A DNA stretch of 25,229 nt from an uncultured Tepidisphaeraceae bacterium (lineage in GTDB: Bacteria > Planctomycetota > Phycisphaerae > Tepidisphaerales > Tepidisphaeraceae), in assembly GCA_964433485.1 (NCBI GenBank), contig CAYSSA010000002.1:6661-31889 (forward strand), in the 5' to 3' direction. This document shows, piece after piece, positions 1-7,352 of this stretch. Every line of letters starts with the position of its first letter. The first letter of the stretch is position 1. The position numbers and the translations under genes were made by a program. The notes below the pieces were generated by a model, which worked only from the letters and a program-made list of their open reading frames with translations, did not search any database and was not told the DNA's origin.

Positions 1-267
1 CATGTAGTCGTGGATGGCCCATTCTTCAGCCACAGGCTCGGTGGATTTGGCGAGCATGGCGGTGATCTCGGCGTGGATGTCGTCCGCATCTTGGTCAGCG
101 TCGATCCAGCATCCGTGCAGTTCGCCGGCGTTGTAGTCGGCCAGGGAGGCCACGTAGATGCGGGGCGTGTACTTCGGGGTGGGCTTGGCCGGTGGCGGCA
201 TTGAATCCGCGGCGGCGGTGGGGTCGGTTGCGGCGGGAATCAGGTCATTGGATTGCTCGGCTTTCAT
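1..267 (-). CDS. ardA: ArdA-family antirestriction (DNA-mimic) protein, 3'-truncated by the window edge; not in the ORF track
   Basis: Manual translation of the minus strand from ATG at 267 (GGAGG 5 nt upstream, 273-277) gives MKAEQSNDLIP...PRIYVASLADYNAGELHGCWIDADQDADDIHAEITAMLAKSTEPVAEEWAIHDY. The frame stays open to base 1. RIYVAxLxxYNxGxLxGxW...EEWAIHDY is the ArdA N-terminal signature. Confidence 0.9.
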   Translation of the reverse strand, partial: MKAEQSNDLIPAATDPTAAADSMPPPAKPTPKYTPRIYVASLADYNAGELHGCWIDADQDADDIHAEITAMLAKSTEPVAEEWAIHDYM

Positions 268-270
268 GAT

Positions 271-340
271 GTCCTCCATGAGGTTCTGGGTTTCGGGTCT
301 CTCACCCCGGTTGGAGAGCCGAAACCCGGAACCGGAGGAC
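271..340 (-). promoter_or_regulatory. Long leader stem-loop pairing with the ardA Shine-Dalgarno
   Basis: Three stacked stems: gtcctcc(271-277)/ggaggac(334-340); ggttctgggtttcgg(282-296)/ccgaaacccggaacc(319-333), one mismatch; ctctc(299-303)/gagag(314-318). Total about 27 bp. Function is inferred. Confidence 0.65.
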
Positions 341-589
341 TCCAGAGCGCAGGGGCTGCAACGCGAGGCCGGGCGTATTGCACGGCGCCTGACGGGCGAA
401 ACCTGGCAAAGCAGTGCGTCGCCTTCGGCCGGAGACGAAACGGCGTCCCGAAGCGAGGGAGGGAAGGCCGTGAATCCCGCGATCCGGGGCTATCCCGGCG
501 GCCAATCACGTCACACTGCGATTCCGATGGATCGCGAAAAGTGCTCCTCAAAGCGGACGAGAGACCGCTGGAGCATCGGTTGGTGTCCA

Positions 590-597
590 AGTATACT
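590..597. promoter_or_regulatory. Possible bidirectional -10 element (AGTATACT palindrome gives TATACT on both strands) between the divergent ardA and kinase genes
   Basis: Sequence match only; no convincing -35 hexamer on either strand. Confidence 0.2.
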
Positions 598-671
598 CCG
601 TGCCGCTTGGTGGTCGGACTTCGTTCGCTCTCCGGTGGATGCACCTCTCGACCACGGAAACCAGGTGACCT

Positions 672-3600
672 ATGGCTGACTCAGAGCAACTGCTCAAGCT
701 GTTTCAAGAATGGCAGCAAGCACAAGATGGGCGCTCTCCAGAGGAAATCTGTAAAGACCACCCGGCGCTGCTGGATGAGTTAAGGATGTGCATTGAGCGG
801 GCTCGGGCGAAGGAAGAACCAGCGGATGCCCCGGCCATTGAGGCCGGCGATCGACCATTTGAGAGGCGAGTCCAGTTCCCGAAGATCGCGGGCTATACGC
901 TCCTGCGAGAACTCGGCCGGGGTGGACAAGCGGTGGTCTATCAGGCCCTGCAAGAATCCACGCACCGGAAAGTGGCGTTGAAAGTGCTGCTGGAGGGGCC
1001 ATATGCCTCGGCCTCGGCGAAACGCCGATTCGAGCGGGAGGTGGAGCTGGCCAGCCACCTCAAGCACCCGAACATCATCGCAGTCTTCGACAGTGGAACC
1101 ACGGACAGCGGGCAGCCGTTTTATGTCATGGATTATGTGCGGGCGGTACCGATCACCCAATACGTCCGCGACAACACCCTCAGCTTGGAAAAGGTGCTGG
1201 AGTTGTTCGCCGTGGCGTGCGATGCCGTTAACCACGCACACCAGAAAGGCGTCATTCATCGCGATCTCAAGCCCAGCAACATGCTGGTGGATGCCGAAGG
1301 AAACCTGCATATCCTCGATTTCGGTTTGGCCAAGGCGGTCACTGACCGGCAGGAGACGCTTGCGACCGTCACCGGGCAGGTGATGGGAACGCTGCCTTAC
1401 ATGAGTCCCGAGCAGACCAAGGGCAATCCCGACCTGATTGACACGCGGGCAGACGTGTATGCGCTGGGGGTGGTCCTTTATGAGATGCTGACCGGATCGT
1501 ACCCGTATCCGGTGCTGGGTGAGATGGCGGAAGTGCTGAAGCACATCGCTTCCACCGAACCCGCACCGCTGACCCGAAGCTGGACAACAGCAAGCGGCAT
1601 CAGCCGTTCAGCACGCATTCGTTCGGGCTGTCCAATCAATGATGAGGTGGAGACCATCACGCTCAAAGCCCTCTCCAAGGAACGGGAGCGGCGATACCAG
1701 AGCGCGGGCGAGGTGGCCAGAGACATCCGGCACTACCTGGCGAACGAGCCGATCGAGGCGAAACGCGACAGCGGGATGTACGTTCTGAGGAAGACCCTGC
1801 GGAGATATCGGGTGCCTGTGGCTATGGCGCTGGCGTTTGCGGTCATCTTGGTTGCGGCAACGGTGGTTTTGTCAGTCGCCTTGCGAACGGTTGCCGCAGC
1901 CAAACACAATCTGGTACTTGAACGCGACAATACCCGGAAGGAACGCGATCGGGCCAATGGGAACGCCGAACTGGCAGGCAAACACGCCGAGGAAGCTACC
2001 CGCAATGCCCGAGGCGCGCGCGATGCGTTGGCCGCCACTGGCGAGAGCCTGCTTTTGCAGCGGCAGTTCGCGGCGGCAAGGCGCAGCTTCTTGGAGTGCC
2101 GACGATTGTCAGAGTCCCTCGGCCTGCCACAGGATCAATCAGTGGCAGGGCTATTGGATAGCTATTCAAGAGTCGGTGCATCACTCCTTGGCTTCGAAGA
2201 AGACGCGCCGTCAACGGCATTCGCGGGCCATAGCGGACCTGTGATGGCGATTGCGTGGTCGCCTGATGGGCGAATGGCCCTGTCGGCAGGCGGTTCCCTC
2301 TCAGAGGATCGAAATGCGGGCGGTGACAAGGCTATTCGCATCTGGGACGCAGCAAAGGGGGTGCAGAAAGCCAAGCTCTTGGGCCACAGCGGCACCGTGC
2401 GCGCGGCTGCGTTTCTACCTGACGGGCGCAGAGTCATTTCCGCCTCAACTGACGGCACCGTCAGACTCTGGGATGCGCAGACTGGATCTGAACTCCGCGT
2501 CTTGGCGTCCGTTCCAGAGATCATCAGTTCCCTGGCGGTGTCGAAGGACGGCAACACGGTCGTCTTCGGATCGTATAGCCGCGACTTCCTGAGCAAGCGT
2601 GATGCGTCAGGTCACCTTCGAGTGTACGATTTGCCGTTGGGGCAAGAGCGAATTCGTCTCAAGGGCAATCCGGGCAGGGTGCATGGCGTGGCCATTTCCC
2701 CGGATGGGCGCTACGCAACCACGGTCGGCTTTCTCCGCGAGGTCAGAGTCTGGGATTTGCAGTCAGGCGAGCAGCGGATCGCATTGAAGGGCAATGGGAA
2801 CATTGTGAACGCGGTCGCTATTTCGCCAGACGGTCAGTTCGTCGCCGCTGGCGGGTGGGATCGCAGAGTGCGCGTCTGGAGGCTCGACAATGAGCTTCCC
2901 CTCACGGAGTTGGATGGGCATGATGGCGCGATTGAGTCCATCGCGTTCACGCCATCCGGCCAAAGCCGGCTTCTTACCGGCGCTACCGATCAAACCGTCA
3001 AATACTGGGACATAACCAATCGAAGGGAGATCACAACGTTCATGAGCCATACGGGCCCAGTGGCAAGTGTGTCATTCTCCCCTGATGGGCGAAGCGCCTT
3101 ATCTGCGGGGCACGATGGCAAGATCCATTTGTTGGATCTATCAACAGAGATCAGCATCGTTCGGAACTTTCAAAGCCCGGTCTCGAAGGTTGCTGTTTCG
3201 TCTGATGGACGGATGCTGGCATGTGCAACCAGGTTGGGTATTCGACTCCTGGATGCGCATACAGGCCAACAGTTGCAGACCTTTACTGATCCCGGTACGC
3301 CCGCCGCCATACCGTACGCTGTCACCTTCTTCGCGAAGCATGATAAGCTGTTGGTGGGCAATCACGACGGGACCATTGTCGTTTGGGATCTCCGCAGCGG
3401 CAAGCGGTTGGCTCAGCTCGTTGGGCATAAAGGCCGCGTTCAAGCCATTACGGTGTGTCACGATGATGCAATCTGCGTGTCCGGCGGAGATGACACGGCG
3501 GTTCGCGTGTGGGACTTAGAAAAGGGAACGCTGCTGCGCGCACTCGCGGGCCACACCGATCAAGTTTGTTCCGTGGCCGTCTCGCCCGACGGGACCGCCA

Positions 3601-5042
3601 TCGCATCGGCGGGTGATGACGGGGCCATCTTGCTTTGGGATCTTCAATATGGACGTCAGACGCAAAGGTTGTTGGGTCACGTCAATCTGGTTCACGAAGC
3701 AGTATTCGTCGACCATGGGCGCAGAATCCTGTCAATTGGCTTTGACCAGAAGATCAGGCTGTGGGACTTAGCGTCCGCCACCAACATTGCCACATGGACG
3801 GGCACAGGACACTTCGGCACGAGCTTAACGGTCTCCGCTAATGGCCGATATGCAGTATCGGGAGCCATTGAGCCAATCGTTCGACTGTGGGACGCGGTTA
3901 CCGGAGAGCACATACACGCGTTCAAAGGCCACACGAACAACGTCGAGAGCGTTGCGTTTGCCCCCGACAACACCACCTTCTATTCAGGGAGTTGGGACGG
4001 CACCGTTCGGCGTTGGGACATGGCAGCGCCTGACACGTACCGCAGATTTCAGAAGAGCGTATGTGCTGCCATAAACACGCTGAGGGCAAGCCCAAGTGAT
4101 GCCAGGGCATTAGTTACACTCGCGGAGTGGTACGCCTTCCGAGGATGCGACCGCTGGGCCGCTGATCTGCTTGAGGAATCAGCCCAGCATGGCGGTACGA
4201 TCTCCAGTCTGATGCTTGCACGGTGTTACTGGAGGTTGGGCAGGCTTTCGGATGCACATCGGCTATTTGGGAATGCCATTGCACAGAAGGAAGCCCCGGA
4301 AGACTATCTGCTGCTCTGTCGTGCAGCCGTCGCAGCGGCGATGGAGCGAGAACGGACGTCCAACATCACCATCGGAGCATCCGATGACTCGGAACTCAGC
4401 GTGTTTTCTGAGTTTACGCGAGCCTGCAGAGCTGCCATGGCGTCAAACACCAACAACCATTGGCCGCAGTTTCAATACGCATGTCTGCTTGTGCATCAGG
4501 GCGCGTTGGAGCAGCACCGCATGCACTGCAATGCCATGTTGAAGAAGTTCAGTGACACCAGCGACCGAGCCATCGCAGACCGGGTGGCCAAAGCATCACT
4601 CTTCGTGCCCCAAGCCAATATCGACCTGGCCCGTGCATGCGAGTTGGCCGATCGGTCAGTTGCAGGCCCGGCACATCAGTGGAGTCACTATTTTCAGCTC
4701 ACCAAGGCCCTGGCCGAGTACCGCAGCGGCCGATTCCAGGCGGCGGGTGAATGGGCCAGCAAGAGCGCCTCTGCGACCCGCGGGGGCAATGCCGTGCATG
4801 CGTTCATCGAGGCATCGCTGGTACTGTCCATGGCGCAGCAACGCACTGGGCGGCTGGCTGAGGCAAGCAAAGCATTCAAGGAGGCGGTCGATGGCATGGA
4901 CAGAATCCTGCAACCTGGGCAGAAGGGATTCGAGGGTGGCTTCCATGACTGGATCATCTGCCAAGCGCTGCGCAAGGAAGCGGAAGCCCTGGTGAAGGGT
5001 GTCCCAGCCACTGTCCCGGCGACACAGCCCGCACGACAATGA
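672..5042 (+). CDS. Planctomycete-type Hanks Ser/Thr protein kinase with TM segment, 14 WD40 repeats and TPR/helical C-terminus
   Basis: Kinase motifs: LGRGGQAVVY, VALK, HRDLKPSN, DFG, GTLPYMSPEQ, DVYALG. Hydrophobic segment VPVAMALAFAVILVAATVVLSVAL. I counted 14 GH...WD-type repeats at about 2215-4025. TPR-like LARCYWRLGR and LAEYRSGRF segments follow. Confidence 0.95.
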   Translation: MADSEQLLKLFQEWQQAQDGRSPEEICKDHPALLDELRMCIERARAKEEPADAPAIEAGDRPFERRVQFPKIAGYTLLRELGRGGQAVVYQALQESTHRKVALKVLLEGPYASASAKRRFEREVELASHLKHPNIIAVFDSGTTDSGQPFYVMDYVRAVPITQYVRDNTLSLEKVLELFAVACDAVNHAHQKGVIHRDLKPSNMLVDAEGNLHILDFGLAKAVTDRQETLATVTGQVMGTLPYMSPEQTKGNPDLIDTRADVYALGVVLYEMLTGSYPYPVLGEMAEVLKHIASTEPAPLTRSWTTASGISRSARIRSGCPINDEVETITLKALSKERERRYQSAGEVARDIRHYLANEPIEAKRDSGMYVLRKTLRRYRVPVAMALAFAVILVAATVVLSVALRTVAAAKHNLVLERDNTRKERDRANGNAELAGKHAEEATRNARGARDALAATGESLLLQRQFAAARRSFLECRRLSESLGLPQDQSVAGLLDSYSRVGASLLGFEEDAPSTAFAGHSGPVMAIAWSPDGRMALSAGGSLSEDRNAGGDKAIRIWDAAKGVQKAKLLGHSGTVRAAAFLPDGRRVISASTDGTVRLWDAQTGSELRVLASVPEIISSLAVSKDGNTVVFGSYSRDFLSKRDASGHLRVYDLPLGQERIRLKGNPGRVHGVAISPDGRYATTVGFLREVRVWDLQSGEQRIALKGNGNIVNAVAISPDGQFVAAGGWDRRVRVWRLDNELPLTELDGHDGAIESIAFTPSGQSRLLTGATDQTVKYWDITNRREITTFMSHTGPVASVSFSPDGRSALSAGHDGKIHLLDLSTEISIVRNFQSPVSKVAVSSDGRMLACATRLGIRLLDAHTGQQLQTFTDPGTPAAIPYAVTFFAKHDKLLVGNHDGTIVVWDLRSGKRLAQLVGHKGRVQAITVCHDDAICVSGGDDTAVRVWDLEKGTLLRALAGHTDQVCSVAVSPDGTAIASAGDDGAILLWDLQYGRQTQRLLGHVNLVHEAVFVDHGRRILSIGFDQKIRLWDLASATNIATWTGTGHFGTSLTVSANGRYAVSGAIEPIVRLWDAVTGEHIHAFKGHTNNVESVAFAPDNTTFYSGSWDGTVRRWDMAAPDTYRRFQKSVCAAINTLRASPSDARALVTLAEWYAFRGCDRWAADLLEESAQHGGTISSLMLARCYWRLGRLSDAHRLFGNAIAQKEAPEDYLLLCRAAVAAAMERERTSNITIGASDDSELSVFSEFTRACRAAMASNTNNHWPQFQYACLLVHQGALEQHRMHCNAMLKKFSDTSDRAIADRVAKASLFVPQANIDLARACELADRSVAGPAHQWSHYFQLTKALAEYRSGRFQAAGEWASKSASATRGGNAVHAFIEASLVLSMAQQRTGRLAEASKAFKEAVDGMDRILQPGQKGFEGGFHDWIICQALRKEAEALVKGVPATVPATQPARQ

Positions 5043-5668
5043 GGATGGACCGTATGGCAACATCCGGCAACAATAAGGAGTCTTCGAAGCTCGATCCGTC
5101 CCTGGCCACGCGGAAGTCGATCTTCATTCACATCAACAGCCCCGACACCCAAGCCAGAGAACTGGCTTGGGAGGAGTTCAATGAGAAATACGGGCCGATC
5201 ATCGCCGGATGGGCGCGCCGATGTGGTGCAAGCCATGATGAAGCGATGGATATTGTGCAGAACGTCATGCTCGGCTTCTTCCGTGTGTCGCCGGCGTTCG
5301 TCTACTCGCCGGACCGTGGCCGGTTCCGGGGCTACTTGAAGACCGCCACGTTGACTGCCCTGCACAAGGTGCTGAGCAAGCGGATGCAGCTTGCGGATAG
5401 TGCCGCAATCGGTCAGACGCCAGCCGCGGACAGTCAGTGGGATCAGACTTGGGAGGCTGAACTGCTCCGGAAGGCGATGTCGTGCGCAGAAATGCAGTGC
5501 AAATCGGAGCATTATCAGGTCTTCCTTCAGCATCAGATCATGGGCCTGACTGGCGACGCGGTGGCGCAAGCCTGCGGCATGAGCGTTGCCAACGTTCACA
5601 AGGTCTGTCAGCGAGTCCGTGATGTCATTCGGGGAGAACTTACCCGTCTCGAAGTCGAATACGGCTGA
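5039..5668 (+). CDS. ECF-type sigma-70 factor (planctomycete type); start may be ATG 5054
   Basis: AWEEFNEKYGPII...EAMDIVQNV (region 2), FVYSPDRGRFRGYL, and a region-4 HTH (AVAQACGMSVANVHKVCQRVR). ATGA overlap with the kinase stop at 5039-5042; GAGGA lies 8 nt before ATG 5054. Confidence 0.9.
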   Translation: MRMDRMATSGNNKESSKLDPSLATRKSIFIHINSPDTQARELAWEEFNEKYGPIIAGWARRCGASHDEAMDIVQNVMLGFFRVSPAFVYSPDRGRFRGYLKTATLTALHKVLSKRMQLADSAAIGQTPAADSQWDQTWEAELLRKAMSCAEMQCKSEHYQVFLQHQIMGLTGDAVAQACGMSVANVHKVCQRVRDVIRGELTRLEVEYG

Positions 5669-5901
5669 GGCTCCGTAGCCATCGCATTTCCAGCGGCTGG
5701 GGTCACGCTGGTTTGACGTTTGACTCCTCGATCCCTTGCCTGTGTCGCCGGCCATCTACGCCCCAACCGGCAACTTCACCGATTTCGTCAGTCATCACCC
5801 GGATCACGGCTATACGTCTGCGAAAGCGGCAATCAACGTCAGCGTGGCGTTGATCAGACCGCTGTGATTTGCAGATGGCCAACGTGGCCAAGGAGCATGC
5901 C

Positions 5902-6615
5902 GTGCTTTCCAACACCCTCTTTCCATCTTCAACCAGCCCGTTTCAGAGATTTGTCCCGAATCCCGATCTCAGACGGTTAAGGACCATTCCCCGACGCGTG
6001 TCACGCACGCCGGCTGCGGTTTCCGTTGGACCGCGCAGGATGATGATCCCCGTTTTCGGGCGTGATCGCCTCGGGGCATTTGGCGACATCCTCGGGACCA
6101 TCGCCGCCCTCAACTGCAACGTCGTTTCCAGCACGTTTCTGGTACACGAGCGTTACTTCGATGGTTTGATCTGCGTCACCGGCAGCGACGACAGCCTTCG
6201 GCAGCTTCGCCAGGTTGCGGCGGACGAGCCCTTTGTCTCGGACCTCGGGATCGTTCAGGTACTGTACGATCGCACCGAGAGCCGATCCGCTCCGGATATG
6301 TATGACATCCACATGACCGCACCGAACAGGCCGGGGCAGTTGGCAAGTCTCTGCGAACTCACCGCCAACAGCGGCTTGAATATCCTCTATGCCTACGGTT
6401 ATGTGACACGGGGGTTGGCCAACGCCGCTTCTCTTTGCGCCGCCTACCTGCTGGTCGACAGGAAGTCACCGCTGGCCGACTTCGGTCAGTTCCACCGCGA
6501 GGCCCGCAAGTTGGAAGCATGCCAGGGGATGGCGATTGTCGGTCCCCAACCCCACTTTGAGCGGCTGGACCGCGATCGGGCTGTCTGGCCGACTGCCCGC
6601 CTTCCGATCGTCTGA
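5902..6615 (+). CDS. Tandem ACT-domain protein (GcvR-like architecture)
   Basis: Two ACT-like motifs: VFGRDRLGAFGDILGTIAALNCNV and MTAPNRPGQLASLCELTANSGLNI. AGGAG (5891-5895) supports GTG 5902; upstream starts at 5869 or 5875 are possible. Confidence 0.7.
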   Translation: MLSNTLFPSSTSPFQRFVPNPDLRRLRTIPRRVSRTPAAVSVGPRRMMIPVFGRDRLGAFGDILGTIAALNCNVVSSTFLVHERYFDGLICVTGSDDSLRQLRQVAADEPFVSDLGIVQVLYDRTESRSAPDMYDIHMTAPNRPGQLASLCELTANSGLNILYAYGYVTRGLANAASLCAAYLLVDRKSPLADFGQFHREARKLEACQGMAIVGPQPHFERLDRDRAVWPTARLPIV

Positions 6616-6635
6616 ACAGCGCCGCATCGTTTGGG

Positions 6636-6667
6636 CCGAGCGCCGGCACTGCCCTGCCGGTGCTCGG
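6636..6667. terminator. 13-bp GC-rich stem-loop after the ACT gene (no U-tract; terminator or processing site)
   Basis: ccgagcgccggca-ctgccc-tgccggtgctcgg, with one G-T pair. Confidence 0.35.
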
Positions 6668-6715
6668 TAATACGGACTCCATTCTCACGCTTACAGCAAC
6701 AACTCAGGCTCAATT

Positions 6716-7249
6716 ATGCAAACAAACACACCAAATCTCATCGTCTCTCATCATTGCGTACGTCGGTTTCGTGAGCGGATTGCGAGTGCATCCAGCATGT
6801 CAACCACCGCGATCCGGCAGAGGATCCGTGTGAGCATCGCCCGCGGCCAGGAATATGGGCATCAGCAAGGCACTGATCGTGCCTTCAAGTGCCTGGTGGA
6901 TGATGCACATGGTCCCGTCTTGATTCCGCTGGCGGTTGACGCGGAAACCGGTGAATTGATCGCCAAGACAGTCCTCACTGCCGAGCAACTGGCAGTCAAC
7001 GCCCAGGCTCGACGCCGCCGTTATCGATGTGTAAGGCGGCGGCGTGCTGGCAATGACCGACGTATCCCAGGTATGGCAGAATCGGAACCGGAGTCCGTGC
7101 GTCTGCCCCGAATCGGGGTGCATCGCCGTCAACTCAGCCATTTGAGACAGTTGGATCAGGAACAGGAAGTCGTCCAGTTGGGGTGTTCCTGCATACGGTC
7201 GCGTTGGCACAGGCCTGACGTGCCATCCGGAGTGCCAGACGATGCGTGA
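6716..7249 (+). CDS. Hypothetical protein; N-terminal ~95 aa resemble DUF4258/BECR-fold RNase-like domains, followed by an Arg-rich tail
   Basis: LIVSHHCVRRFRERI...LIAKTVLT matches the H..(x)R..ER ... V.TV pattern. Weak RBS. C-terminal half is of doubtful coding quality. Confidence 0.45.
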   Translation: MQTNTPNLIVSHHCVRRFRERIASASSMSTTAIRQRIRVSIARGQEYGHQQGTDRAFKCLVDDAHGPVLIPLAVDAETGELIAKTVLTAEQLAVNAQARRRRYRCVRRRRAGNDRRIPGMAESEPESVRLPRIGVHRRQLSHLRQLDQEQEVVQLGCSCIRSRWHRPDVPSGVPDDA

Positions 7250-7287
7250 TGCCTGCATTGCCCCTGATGCGTCAGAGGCGACTGTTC

Positions 7288-7327
7288 AGAAGGCAAAGTA
7301 CCCGGTGCGCTCACACGCACCGGGTAC
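7288..7327 (-). terminator. Rho-independent terminator-like hairpin downstream of parB, between convergent genes
   Basis: Perfect 12-bp stem gtacccggtgcg(7298-7309)/cgcaccgggtac(7316-7327) with a 6-nt loop, followed on the minus strand by TTTGCCTTCT. Confidence 0.7.
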
Positions 7328-7352
7328 CTGCTTCGAGGAAGTGACTTCCCTT

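Noticed and set aside
10-783. ORF-track calls 10-204, 158-679, 253-783, 264-644 and 302-505
   Set aside because: They overlap the better-supported ardA frame and its structured leader; no motifs.
4694-5755. 353-aa minus-strand ORF
   Set aside because: Antisense shadow across the kinase end and sigma gene; no recognisable domain.
6668-6685. taatacggactccattct, resembling a T7 promoter start
   Set aside because: Partial chance similarity; no phage polymerase context.
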